This document shows positions 29,019 to 38,808 of a DNA stretch of 64,000 nucleotides, piece by piece. Positions within the stretch are counted from its first letter, which is position 1, and the number at the start of each line of letters is the position of its first letter. A program made the translations under genes and the position numbers. The stretch covers positions 1 through 64,000 of the forward strand of contig JAWODC010000009.1 in NCBI GenBank assembly GCA_046483495.1, written 5' to 3'. The notes under the pieces are model-generated. The model saw only the letters and a program-made list of their open reading frames with translations, was not told the origin of the DNA and made no database searches. Origin of the DNA: Desulfobacterales bacterium. GTDB lineage: Bacteria; Desulfobacterota; Desulfobacteria; Desulfobacterales; UBA5616.

Positions 29019-29936
29019 TTACCTGTTCCGTTTTTTGAGGGTTCGTCTGATCAGGTCAATGAAGCCGCTGAACAGCGAAAAGGGGCGTACGCATCTTATC
29101 GGTAATGTTTTCGCGGTGCTGTATCGCGCCCGAATTTCCTTTTCCATATGCTTATCGAAATCGTATCCAAACCGGTTCATTACATGCAAGGTTATCTTGT
29201 ATTTCGAAATGGAGCCGGGATTTAATTCTTTTTTTGTCTTTAGAGGCCAATTGTCCGTTTTGTCAATCATCATGTCAAAAAAGTCTTGTCTCGGTGGAAG
29301 TAAAAGAAAATCGAGCAATTTTTTCATTTCCGATCGGTCGGCTTTGGAAAACAACGTTTCAAATCGGATCGATAACCAGGGCACAGATGGAAAATCTTCG
29401 CGCAAATCAAACGCCAATTGGTTGATTTCCGTCCACCAAAAGAGGCATTTTTCGAAATCGGTCATCCTATGCCACATGCGGCCGCTGATATCGCTTTGGA
29501 CAACGCCGCAATCGAAGGGGGATATGCTCATTTCCTCGGACCAGTCACCGCGATTGTAAACATTGTGCGTGGTCAGGGAAGCCGCTGTATGGATCGGGTG
29601 CCGGTGCAGGTGAACGACTTTGATGCGGCCGGTAAAATGGGAAAGAAAGAAAGGCAGTACGCCGTAAACCGGCCAACCGGTTTCAATGTAGTGGCGATGC
29701 GTGAGGATGCCTGCGATATCGGATAAATGTGCTTTCAGATCGACGGATAAATTTGCCGACTCTTTTTTTTTATATTTACTGTAATAATATCGAGGTCTGT
29801 ATCGAGCCTGGAATGGTTCATGTCTGACCAGCGCTTTATCGGAATAGGAGGCCTCGAGCTTATCGGCCAAAAACTGAGTACCGCATCTGCCGGTGGAAAC
29901 AAAAAATACAGCGCTATTCGATGTCTTCTTTTCCAA
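29019..29936 (-). CDS. Sulfotransferase-like (P-loop) protein
   Basis: STGRCGT (5'-PSB-like), HEP, VHLHRHP...S (3'-PB-like) and RFE.L. Confidence 0.7.
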   Translation of the reverse strand: MEKKTSNSAVFFVSTGRCGTQFLADKLEASYSDKALVRHEPFQARYRPRYYYSKYKKKESANLSVDLKAHLSDIAGILTHRHYIETGWPVYGVLPFFLSHFTGRIKVVHLHRHPIHTAASLTTHNVYNRGDWSEEMSISPFDCGVVQSDISGRMWHRMTDFEKCLFWWTEINQLAFDLREDFPSVPWLSIRFETLFSKADRSEMKKLLDFLLLPPRQDFFDMMIDKTDNWPLKTKKELNPGSISKYKITLHVMNRFGYDFDKHMEKEIRARYSTAKTLPIRCVRPFSLFSGFIDLIRRTLKKRNR

Positions 29937-30816
29937 TTCGAGCCTGACTGGGAGACTTGATGGTTTTCACTGTAACCGCTTCTGTAGAGTCGGCATTTTC
30001 ATATCCACATTCACAGCGATAATTTTTTCGGTTGATTACATTCATCCTTGCTTTTTGGTAGGGCCTGTTCACCCGCTCGTCGTTATGAAATTTTTCGTGG
30101 AAAAAGTGTAGGGCATACTCCTTTCGAAACGGATTTTTTCCCCGAATGCCCGCCGCGTAAAACCGAACCCCCAGATCATCATCCTCGTTTCCCCATCCGA
30201 TGAATTTTTCATCGAATCCATTCACCATGACAAAATCATCTTTGTAGCATCCAAAACAGCTGGAGCGAAGCTTGGGCCCCAGTCGCCTGAGCTTTATTGC
30301 GTGCAGAAAACGGTACACCCATTCTTTTCGGTATTGACGGCCGGGGATTTTTTTCTGGTCATCGGTTAGAATGGCGGAAAAATCACCTTCTCGAATCTGT
30401 TTTTGAGTGACGCAGCTGTTTTGCTCGTTTGCCAAACGAATCATCCGTCCTACGATGAAACGGTTCTTTTGGGCGGCACCGACAAGCGTTTCAAAATAAT
30501 ATTTGGATAAAACGATATCCGGATCGAAAAAAACTAAAAAATCGCCGTTCGACAGCTTTACCCCATTGTTTCGGCATCGCGCCACCCGAAAACCTGCATC
30601 TTCCTGTCGGACATAGGTTATGGCAAAGGGCGCCTTGTTCATCGTTTCCCGAACAGCGGAAAGAATATCCTCCGATGAGCCGTCATCCGAAATGATCAGT
30701 TCGTCCGGCAGCATCGACTGGGATAGAATGGAAAGCAGGAATTTCTTCAAGAGGTCGGTACGGTTAAAGACCGGTGTGATCAGGGATACCTTCGGTTTGT
30801 GTGCTGCTGTTGTCAT
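29914..30816 (-). CDS. GT2 glycosyltransferase
   Basis: SDDGS, QED.GFR.A..RN, FFD.D and VNGFDE.F.GWG.EDDD. Start trimmed to MTTAA. Confidence 0.9.
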   Translation of the reverse strand: MTTAAHKPKVSLITPVFNRTDLLKKFLLSILSQSMLPDELIISDDGSSEDILSAVRETMNKAPFAITYVRQEDAGFRVARCRNNGVKLSNGDFLVFFDPDIVLSKYYFETLVGAAQKNRFIVGRMIRLANEQNSCVTQKQIREGDFSAILTDDQKKIPGRQYRKEWVYRFLHAIKLRRLGPKLRSSCFGCYKDDFVMVNGFDEKFIGWGNEDDDLGVRFYAAGIRGKNPFRKEYALHFFHEKFHNDERVNRPYQKARMNVINRKNYRCECGYENADSTEAVTVKTIKSPSQARIGKEDIE

Positions 30817-30830
30817 AGGGTTCCTCGTAT

Positions 30831-30908
30831 TGAATCGTAAATCGTGAAAAACAGGTTCTCCTCCACACCCATTACCCATAACCCATCACCTATACCTATA
30901 ACCCGCCC
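30831..30908. repeat. ATCGT(G/A)A and CCCAT(A/C)A heptamer units
   Basis: In transcription direction: G-rich heptamers at the upstream stop, and TTCACGATTTACGATTCA before the GT2 start (same string as 5181-5198). Confidence 0.85.
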
Positions 30909-31285
30909 TTCCTATAATCCACATACTCCTTCTCTTCAATCAACTCCGACCCAAAAGCCAGGTTGATCTTTTTCTTGATTTCTGCACGAATATCGTTGTT
31001 CCGGTAAACGCTGCGGGCCAATGCGATGAATTCATCATCGAAAACCTTTTGCGCCTCCTTTTTTCGAATAGCATCTTCAATATCCCAAAGCGCCAGGTTC
31101 ACCGCCAGCAGGTCGTTATACCATTGGGATTCACGGGTAATGCCGGCTTCTTCCATGCACTTGCCTATGAGGTCGAATTCACGTTTGATATTTTTCCGCT
31201 TATCGGGGTCTTTGATTTTGTCCAGCTTGATTGCCAATATGGTGATTTTATCGACCACTTCGCCAAGGGATACATCTATTTTCAT
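30896..31285 (-). CDS. Conserved hypothetical protein (DUF6165-like)
   Basis: S.GE..DKITIL.IK, N..LWDIED.IR, ARSVY..ND.R..IK..IN and EEK.Y. Confidence 0.8.
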   Translation of the reverse strand: MKIDVSLGEVVDKITILAIKLDKIKDPDKRKNIKREFDLIGKCMEEAGITRESQWYNDLLAVNLALWDIEDAIRKKEAQKVFDDEFIALARSVYRNNDIRAEIKKKINLAFGSELIEEKEYVDYRKGGL

Positions 31286-31367
31286 GGTGTAGGCATCCGT
31301 GTTGAATGGGTTTCTTTGAGTCGAAGGATTTTTTATCGGAGGGATGGGGAAATGTAAAGTTTTTTAT

Positions 31368-31458
31368 GGACTATGGGCTATGGGTTATGGGCTATGGGTT
31401 ATAGGTTATAGGCTACGGGCTATGGGTGATGGGTTAGGGGTTAGGGGTTATGGGTGGG
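31368..31458. repeat. 13 tandem G-rich heptamers, including GGGTTAG GGGTTAG
   Basis: Strict 7-bp periodicity from ggactat to gggtggg. Confidence 0.97.
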
Positions 31459-31508
31459 GTTGAGAGCATTCATACGGGGCTTTGATGATGAAGCGTGAAT
31501 GGGCATGA

Positions 31509-31562
31509 TTGGGATCGTTGGAACGCTCTAAGCGCTCTAAACGCTCAAAACGATCCTAACGC
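31509..31562. repeat. Short nonamer hairpin element
   Basis: TTGGGATCGTT...AACGCTCTA units...AACGATCCTAA. Confidence 0.85.
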
Positions 31563-31643
31563 TAAAAAAGGTTTACTTTTAACGCCATTTTAATTAGACA
31601 AAAAAAATTTCACCTCTCAACCATTCCGGCCGGTGGAGATACG

Positions 31644-32258
31644 ATGATCAGGTTAAAGGACGAACCGCTGCTGATAAAGGGGGGGAATCGGCTCTGTTAC
31701 ATCCATCCGGAGGACGACACGAAAATTCTGAAGGTGCTGAGGCCGGAAAAGACCGCCGAGGCAAAGCGCAGCAAGGCCCCGCTTTATCAAAAATTCCGTC
31801 CGCTTTCGTCATTCGATGACAATCGGTGGGAGTTGCGGGAATTTTCACGATTGGCCAAAAAGGGGGGCCATATCCGGCGGCATTTTCCCGGATGCTTCGG
31901 TGAGGTGCAAACGGACATGGGATGTGCCGTTTGCCAGGAGTTGATTCGATCGGATGACGGCCGTATCGCCCCAAGCCTGCAGGCGTATCTGCAGGATCAG
32001 GGCCCGACACCGAACATCTTAGAAGCCCTGGCGGAGTTTTTTTCGTTTTTGGAGGATAACCGCATCATCGTGCGGGACCTTCGCAGCGGCAATCTGGTTG
32101 TTAAAACAAGTGAATCCCTGCGCATCTACATGATCGACGGCATCGGCAATTCGGATTTCATTCCGATTGCAAATGTCAGCAAAACGTGGGCCGGAATCAA
32201 AATTCGGCGCAATATTGCGGCCTTCCGGCGTAAGTTGGGATCGTTTAGATCGTTATGA
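31644..32258 (+). CDS. YrbL family kinase-like protein
   Basis: G.NR.CY.HP, K..KV, N..E, G.V.TD.G, RDL...N and IDG.G. Confidence 0.8.
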   Translation: MIRLKDEPLLIKGGNRLCYIHPEDDTKILKVLRPEKTAEAKRSKAPLYQKFRPLSSFDDNRWELREFSRLAKKGGHIRRHFPGCFGEVQTDMGCAVCQELIRSDDGRIAPSLQAYLQDQGPTPNILEALAEFFSFLEDNRIIVRDLRSGNLVVKTSESLRIYMIDGIGNSDFIPIANVSKTWAGIKIRRNIAAFRRKLGSFRSL

Positions 32259-32350
32259 TCGTTAGGATCGTTGGGATCGTTGGGATCGTTGGAATCGTTG
32301 GGATCGTTTTAAAACGCTCCAAACGCTCTAAACGATCCCAACGCTCAAAA
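32234..32350. repeat. Nonamer array (NNNATCGTT)x8 plus AACGCTC/AACGATCCC arm
   Basis: Units at 32237-32308; the yrbL-like stop TGA lies within unit 3. Confidence 0.95.
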
Positions 32351-32363
32351 CGGATTGGAAGTC

Positions 32364-33485
32364 ATGAATAAAAACGTTGTCAATATTTGTTTTTTCAACA
32401 GCCGCGTGGCGTGGGGAGGGGGAGAGAAGTGGAATTACGACATGGCCGTGCGCATGCATGAAGACGGGTTCAACACCTTTGTGATTGCAGGGAAAAACAG
32501 CGAATTTTCAAAACGGCTGACAAAGACCCCCGTTCCGTTTGGCACCGTACGTGTATCCAACCTGACCTTTTTGAATCTGTTTAAAATTTACAAGGTACGC
32601 AGCATGTTAGGGCGGAACACCGTCGATGTCATTATTCTGAATCTTTCCGAAGATATTAAATTGGCCGGCATTGCTGCAAGGCTTGCAGGGGTCAGGCATA
32701 TTATTTACAGCAGGGGAATTGCCTCCCCCATAAAGAACAGCCTTTCGAACCGCTTGTTGTTCAAGCATATCGTAACGGAGATACTGACAAATTCCCAAGA
32801 GACCAAACGCACGATCCTGCAAAACAATCCTTCTCTCTTTCCCAAACACAAAATCAAGGTCAACTATCTTGGGATTTCCACTGACAGGTCATGTGAAGAT
32901 CGATCATGTGAACCGAACCCTTTTCATTTTCATAGAGAGCATGAAGATGAAATCCTACTCGGAAACGCGGGGCGGTTGGTTGCTCAAAAAGGCCAGAAAT
33001 ATTTAATTGAAACAGCAAAAAAGCTCAAGGCGCACCGCATCCCATTCAAGCTTCTGATAGCCGGTGAAGGTAAGGGGCTCGGCGAACTGAAACGGCTTGC
33101 TGATGAGCATGGCGTTTCCGACAGCGTTGTATTTTTGGGATTTGTTGAGCATATCGATGGGTTTATGGATGCCATAGACATATTCCTGCTGCCGTCCTTG
33201 TGGGAGGGCTTTGGATATGTCATCGTGGAGGCCATGTCGGCCGGGAAACCCGTGATTGCGTTTAACCGGAGCAGCAACCCGGAAGTCATCGAAAATGGTG
33301 AAACCGGGTATCTCATCGATGATATGAGCATCGATGCCTTTGCCGAAAAGATTGAATTTTTGGCAACGAACAAGGATATCAGGGAGACGATGGGTTCGGA
33401 GGGAAAGAAACGAGCGGAAAAATATTTCGATATCAATGTAAGTTATCGTAATTTTAAAGATTATATTTTATCTTTGGATGACTGA
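32364..33485 (+). CDS. GT4 glycosyltransferase
   Basis: WGGGEKW, GRL..QKG and PS.WEGFG....EAM..GKPV. Confidence 0.9.
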   Translation: MNKNVVNICFFNSRVAWGGGEKWNYDMAVRMHEDGFNTFVIAGKNSEFSKRLTKTPVPFGTVRVSNLTFLNLFKIYKVRSMLGRNTVDVIILNLSEDIKLAGIAARLAGVRHIIYSRGIASPIKNSLSNRLLFKHIVTEILTNSQETKRTILQNNPSLFPKHKIKVNYLGISTDRSCEDRSCEPNPFHFHREHEDEILLGNAGRLVAQKGQKYLIETAKKLKAHRIPFKLLIAGEGKGLGELKRLADEHGVSDSVVFLGFVEHIDGFMDAIDIFLLPSLWEGFGYVIVEAMSAGKPVIAFNRSSNPEVIENGETGYLIDDMSIDAFAEKIEFLATNKDIRETMGSEGKKRAEKYFDINVSYRNFKDYILSLDD

Positions 33486-33496
33486 CGAAAAAAATT

Positions 33497-34252
33497 ATGG
33501 AAAAGCTGACTGCAATTATTCCGACGAAAAATGAAGAAGACAACATCGAAGGGGTTCTAAAATCCGTATCATTTGCCGATGAAGTTATGGTGGTCGATTC
33601 CTTCAGCACGGACAAAACGCTGGAGCTTGCAAAAAAATATACGGATTTTATCATTCAGCGTGAATACCAATACTCGGCATCCCAGAAAAACTGGGCCATT
33701 CCCCGGGCATCGAATCAATGGATACTTTTAGTGGATGCTGATGAACGGGTTACGCCGGAACTAAAATCGGAAATTCAAGCGGTTCTCAAAAGCAATACCG
33801 ACAAATCCGCATTTTGGATTCATCGCAAAAATGCTTTTATGGGGAAACCTGTAAGGTTCAGCGGATGGCAAAATGACAAGGTCATACGTCTTTTTAAGAG
33901 GGATAGCTGCCGCTATGAAGACAAGCATGTTCACGCGGAGATCAAGACCCAGGGCAAAATCGGAAAATTAAAACAACCTCTTATTCATAACACCTATAAA
34001 AGCCTGAAAACGTACCTGGTGAAAATCGATCGGTATACGACATGGAGCGCTTATGACAGGGTTCATAAGACAAAGAATATCAATTTCTTTCATTTAGCCG
34101 TCAAACCCATGTACCGTTTTTTTTCGCATTATATATTAAGGTTGGGCTTCCTGGACGGAAAAACAGGTTTTGTCATTTCAGTATTTTCCGCGTACTCGGT
34201 ATTTTTACGATCGTTGAAGGTGATGCAGATCAAAAAAAATGAAGCTGTATGA
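33497..34252 (+). CDS. GT2 LPS core glycosyltransferase (KdtX/WaaE-like)
   Basis: KNEE.NI, VDSFSTD.T, QKNWA, VDADE, VH and LGFLDG. Confidence 0.9.
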   Translation: MEKLTAIIPTKNEEDNIEGVLKSVSFADEVMVVDSFSTDKTLELAKKYTDFIIQREYQYSASQKNWAIPRASNQWILLVDADERVTPELKSEIQAVLKSNTDKSAFWIHRKNAFMGKPVRFSGWQNDKVIRLFKRDSCRYEDKHVHAEIKTQGKIGKLKQPLIHNTYKSLKTYLVKIDRYTTWSAYDRVHKTKNINFFHLAVKPMYRFFSHYILRLGFLDGKTGFVISVFSAYSVFLRSLKVMQIKKNEAV

Positions 34253-34312
34253 CATCCGCCTGCTATACGCATCCATGCTTCTCATAACGTGTTCCGCGAC
34301 TATTTTTTATAA

Positions 34313-35842
34313 ATGATTCCTGCTGACAATTTGAAAAAACAATTGGAAACCACACTTAGAAAAATAAAATGGCGTTATATTTCGCCCAGCGGACGGGTGT
34401 GGCTTCAACGCTTTTTGAATGAAAATGATGAGCTCCATCCCATCAAAACAATTACCCACCGTTCGATTTACCGCCACTCATCAAAGGTATTCAGCAAACA
34501 TTATACTTACAAGGGCTTACGATCCCTCTATAAATCCTTTTCAGGGGGCAACGCCAATAATGAGGGGCGATTGACGCTTGAAATCCAGAAAAAGGGCATT
34601 CCGGTGCCTGAAGTTTTGGCTTTTGGGTCGATTGCATCAGGCGGTCTGATTCGTGAGGATATTTTCGTGTCAAAGGAGGTTCCTGACGCCTGTACACTGG
34701 CGAAGTTTTTTCATGATGAATTTCAGGAGATGGATTCTTCTGAAAAAAAAGAATGGATTGAGAAGTTCGCGCGATTTACGGCAAATCTGACGGAACATGG
34801 GATTTATCATACGGACTTTTATTTCAACAATGTGCTTGTCGGCGGCAACGAAAAAGATTTCTTTATATTGGATCTCAAAGAGGTGCGTCTCTTTTCCAAA
34901 CCGGTATCCCGGAGAAAAAGAGCTAAACAGCTTGGTATTCTTCATGCAAAATATTTTACCGCGTTCAGCCGCAATGACTGTTTCAGGTTCCTGAACGCGT
35001 ACATGCCCGGGGCTCAAAAAAAGGAAAAAAGGAAGTTTGTCGCACAGATCGACAAGGAATTGTGCAAATACGTCCACACACATTCACAATCGCGATCGAG
35101 GCAAAGCATTTCCACCAATTCGCGATTTTCCAAGGAAACGGCTGATGGTCTGACCGTATACCGAAAGAGACAATCGCAATTGAATCGCGGGATATCAACG
35201 ATTTTCCAAAAGCAGTTGCCGGCACTGAAATCGTCGGGCAAGTGTCAAAAAGACAAACCTTTTCGAATCGGCAACACGTTGTACCGTATCGATAAAGTCG
35301 TGAAGTTATCCTTGCCTGATCGTTTAAGGCTTTTTGCCGGCAGCAAGGAAAAAAGGGTGTGGAAAAACATATGGAGGATTCCCTTTCAGCAGATACCGAT
35401 CCAAGGTCCTGAGATGATGGTCGTTTTAAAAAAAAATAGCTTCATGCACCCGGCTTATATCGTCTCGGAATATCACCCGAAAGCAACCCTGTTTCGTGAG
35501 TACTGCAACCAAACGGACAAAAATCAAAGAATTCAACTGCTTGCGAAACTGGGGAAGTTGTTGGGAAATATGCATCATTTCGGTGTGATACATAATGATC
35601 TGAAATCGTCGAATATCGTGATAACCGAAGATGGAAACATTTGCCTGAAAGGATTTATGCACATCAAAAAGCACAAATCAGCCTCCATTAAAAAAGCTCG
35701 AAAGGATTTGTGCGTATTTCTCGAGGAAATCGAATCGTATCGGCTGGATAACGAAGAGAAGTCCGTATTTATAAATACCTGGAAAAAATGGGCCGGGTTT
35801 GACGATCCGGCTTTCGGCACTTTTCCAAAAGCAGCGGTTTAG
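34313..35842 (+). CDS. Two-domain LPS kinase (Kdo/WaaP/InaA family)
   Basis: Domain 1: GIPVPE, HTDFYFNNVL, ILD. Domain 2: HNDLKSSNI. Confidence 0.75.
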   Translation: MIPADNLKKQLETTLRKIKWRYISPSGRVWLQRFLNENDELHPIKTITHRSIYRHSSKVFSKHYTYKGLRSLYKSFSGGNANNEGRLTLEIQKKGIPVPEVLAFGSIASGGLIREDIFVSKEVPDACTLAKFFHDEFQEMDSSEKKEWIEKFARFTANLTEHGIYHTDFYFNNVLVGGNEKDFFILDLKEVRLFSKPVSRRKRAKQLGILHAKYFTAFSRNDCFRFLNAYMPGAQKKEKRKFVAQIDKELCKYVHTHSQSRSRQSISTNSRFSKETADGLTVYRKRQSQLNRGISTIFQKQLPALKSSGKCQKDKPFRIGNTLYRIDKVVKLSLPDRLRLFAGSKEKRVWKNIWRIPFQQIPIQGPEMMVVLKKNSFMHPAYIVSEYHPKATLFREYCNQTDKNQRIQLLAKLGKLLGNMHHFGVIHNDLKSSNIVITEDGNICLKGFMHIKKHKSASIKKARKDLCVFLEEIESYRLDNEEKSVFINTWKKWAGFDDPAFGTFPKAAV

Positions 35843-36059
35843 CCGTTCGCCTGCGTCGACCGAACTCGCTGAAAAAGTATGCCGACAGCAGCGCCGGCAG
35901 AAAAGCCGCCAATGTAAGCCTTTCCTTTCGGATTGGATTTTCGGCGAAAAAAAAGGATTTGCCATTGCAGGCTATTCCGGGTATTCGGTATTTTAAAATG
36001 AAGTGTTTTTTCGGCTTTATTAGGGAAGAACAGAGCGGTTTGGGCCCGAGAAAAGGGAT

Positions 36060-37115
36060 TTGGATTGGATTTTTCAACGAACCGCTCTGCCCTTCGATAT
36101 CGACGCCGAAAAGTTGATGTTTACATCTTATGCGGCCGAAAAAGGGCGAAGACCTGTGAGAAGGGACGGAGGTAAAGAAAAGGCGGCGACCAAACCGCTG
36201 CTGTCTGCGAAGGGCGTTGCCTTAGGAAGACTGCTCGGCGGCATGGTGTATAGGTTGGACCCCCGGTACAAACACATCGTGAAGCAAAACCTGCAGTTTG
36301 CATTTCCACGAATGCCGGATCATCTCATAAACCGGGCGGCCCTTGGGGTATACCAACAGTTCGGACTCACGCTTGTTGAGCTTCTGAAAATGGCGGCGAT
36401 TTCCCGGGGAGATATTCTGTGCGCCGTGAAAATTCGTGGTCGGGAACACCTGGAGAAAGCGATCGGGCAGGGCGGTGGATTTATCTTTTTTTCCGCCCAC
36501 GTCGGTAACTGGGAAATGGCCCACCTGTTCGCCTCCGTGCTGATCGATGCGGATCTGGCGCTGGTGGCCAAAAAGCTCCCCCACAAAACGCTGAATACCT
36601 ATATCAATCGGCTGCGGTCCAAGTTCGGCAACCGCGTTATCACTAAGAAAGGCGCACTCCCGCACATGTCCCGCGCCCTGAGAAATAAAAAAATCGTTGG
36701 TTTGCTCATCGATCAGGAAACCCGAAACTCGGAGGCCGTGCAGGTCGAATTTTTCAATAAAACCGTCAATGCCACCCCTTCGGCGGCGATGCTGGCCAGG
36801 CGCTACGGCTGCCCGGTGCTGCCGGTTTTCTGCGTCAGGGAAAAGAATTTTCGGCAGCACGTGCTGGTGGTGAGGCCGCCGATGAATCTCGTCAGGACAA
36901 AGGATATTCACGAAGATGTCCGGATGAACACGCAGATGATGACCGATGAGATCGAAAGCATCGTGAGGATGTATCCCACCCAGTGGTTTTGGTTTCACAA
37001 GCGGTGGAAGCGCCACTATCCCCATCTGTACCAACGCGAAATCGCCCGCAACCATCGTCGGGAAAAAAAGAAAAGGGCGGGGCTTTCAAAGCCGGATTTC
37101 TTAAAGGATGCATAA
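36060..37115 (+). CDS. Lipid A secondary acyltransferase (LpxL/HtrB family)
   Basis: H.GNWE, L.DQ, V.FF and P.QW.W.HKRWK. The start may be ATG 36117. Confidence 0.9.
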   Translation: MDWIFQRTALPFDIDAEKLMFTSYAAEKGRRPVRRDGGKEKAATKPLLSAKGVALGRLLGGMVYRLDPRYKHIVKQNLQFAFPRMPDHLINRAALGVYQQFGLTLVELLKMAAISRGDILCAVKIRGREHLEKAIGQGGGFIFFSAHVGNWEMAHLFASVLIDADLALVAKKLPHKTLNTYINRLRSKFGNRVITKKGALPHMSRALRNKKIVGLLIDQETRNSEAVQVEFFNKTVNATPSAAMLARRYGCPVLPVFCVREKNFRQHVLVVRPPMNLVRTKDIHEDVRMNTQMMTDEIESIVRMYPTQWFWFHKRWKRHYPHLYQREIARNHRREKKKRAGLSKPDFLKDA

Positions 37116-38607
37116 GGCATTTGAACATGTAAACTGGCGTTACACGGCATGCAGCCATCCAAGTGTAGGAGACCTGTTCAGCGGGCACAAGGCCGAATTG
37201 ACACCGGTCAAGATTTCCCCAAGGCGTTGTGTATACCGCCACCCCCACGGCTTCTACCTCAAATGGATGAAATACCGGGGGGTAAAGTCCACTTTCAAAT
37301 CCGTGTTGGGAGGAGGTGCGTCAAGAGAAAAGCGGCTGTATTCGGCTTTGGCCCGCCGCGGTGTGCCGGTTCCTGAATTATTTGCCCTGGGCGATTATGC
37401 ATCGGCAGGAATTTACGGCGAAGTCCTGGTGACGCGCGAAGTGCGCGACGCATTGACCTTGCAGATCTTTATTCATACGGAATACCAGCGGCTTGCCCCC
37501 GCCCGAAAGCGCGGTCTTGTCAAAGCATTCGCCTTGTTTGTGCGGATGCTTTTCGAACAAGGGGTATATCACCGGGATTTTCACCTGAATAATGTGCTCG
37601 TCCGGATGGGTGCCGGCGATGTCCAATTCTGGATGCTGGACGTGACGGAGGTCGTTCTTTTTTCCCGTCCGATGCCTTGGAAGAAAAGAGTGCGGATTCT
37701 CGGGCTGGTTTTGTCAAAATGTTGGTTCTTGGTGAGCCGAAGCGTCCGTTTCAGGTTTCTCCGCTATCTGGTCCCTCAGTGCAGCCGAGCGGAACGGGCC
37801 CGAATGACCCGGGACATCGGATGTGAGGCGTGCAAGTGCATCCATGCCGCCTCCCAGCACAGGTCGAGATACAGCGTCTTTACCAATTCGCAATTTTATA
37901 AAGAAAAGGCCGGACGGATGAAACTATACCGGAAGCGCCGTATTCGTCTCGATATCGAAAAACCGGACGTGTTGTTCAGGGCGACGGCCGAAAACGACCA
38001 AAAATGTCTCATGTCCGGCAAAATCGACATCGACGGGAAAGCCTACGGCATCGAAAAGTTTTCGACCCGGTCCTTTTGGGATGGCGTTTTAAACGTCTTC
38101 GGCTGGAGCAGGGGGAAGGCCAAATGGAAGAATGCGTGCCGGTTTCCGGTTCAGGTCGTCCAGGCGCCGGACCCCCTGATGATGATTCGTGTGAGAGACG
38201 GCCTGTTCAAGGAGACAGCCTTTTTGGTGTCATCCTGTATCTCGGAAGTGCTGCCGTTGGATGAATACTGGCGGTGCATACGTGCAGACGAAAAAAAAAG
38301 GCTAAGCGCCAGGTTGGGTATGGTGATCGGAACGCTTTATTTTTTCGGCGTTTTGCACCGGCAGTTGAGCTTGTCGCATATTGGGGTGTGCCGTGGACAG
38401 TTGCATGGGAGCATTGTTATTCGGGGCATCCAGGACTTTCACAAACGAAATCGGATAAACGTTTTTGCAGCTAAAAAAAACATCACGGCGTTTCTCGATG
38501 AAATGAAACGAAACGGCGCCGACCCGAAGGAGATGCAGATACTGAAAAACTGCTTGGGCAAATGGGCCGGATTGGGCCTGAGGGGAGGTTTTGAAACCAC
38601 TTATTAG
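37108..38607 (+). CDS. Two-domain LPS kinase, paralog of 34313-35842
   Basis: GVPVPE, HRDFHLNNVL and MLD. Shares the linker SRxS..TNS.F.KE and C-terminal KWAG with the paralog. Confidence 0.75.
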   Translation: MHKAFEHVNWRYTACSHPSVGDLFSGHKAELTPVKISPRRCVYRHPHGFYLKWMKYRGVKSTFKSVLGGGASREKRLYSALARRGVPVPELFALGDYASAGIYGEVLVTREVRDALTLQIFIHTEYQRLAPARKRGLVKAFALFVRMLFEQGVYHRDFHLNNVLVRMGAGDVQFWMLDVTEVVLFSRPMPWKKRVRILGLVLSKCWFLVSRSVRFRFLRYLVPQCSRAERARMTRDIGCEACKCIHAASQHRSRYSVFTNSQFYKEKAGRMKLYRKRRIRLDIEKPDVLFRATAENDQKCLMSGKIDIDGKAYGIEKFSTRSFWDGVLNVFGWSRGKAKWKNACRFPVQVVQAPDPLMMIRVRDGLFKETAFLVSSCISEVLPLDEYWRCIRADEKKRLSARLGMVIGTLYFFGVLHRQLSLSHIGVCRGQLHGSIVIRGIQDFHKRNRINVFAAKKNITAFLDEMKRNGADPKEMQILKNCLGKWAGLGLRGGFETTY

Positions 38608-38625
38608 GCAGGAAGGATTTGTATT

Positions 38626-38799
38626 ATGGCCATCAATTCCGAGTTGCTGAACATATTGGCATGCCCGAAGTGCAAGGGCGGACTGCGCCTGAATAATGAG
38701 AAAAACGGGCTGATTTGTGACAATTGCAAACTGCTGTACGAAATTCGGGATGATATTCCGATCATGCTGATCGACGAGGCGAAACCCATCGCATCATAG
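38626..38799 (+). CDS. Trm112/YcaR family protein (57 aa, not in the ORF track)
   Basis: MAINSELLNILACPKCKG..LICDNC.L.Y.IRDDIPIMLIDEA; AAGGA RBS. Confidence 0.92.
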   Translation: MAINSELLNILACPKCKGGLRLNNEKNGLICDNCKLLYEIRDDIPIMLIDEAKPIAS

Positions 38800-38808
38800 G
38801 CGGTAACG

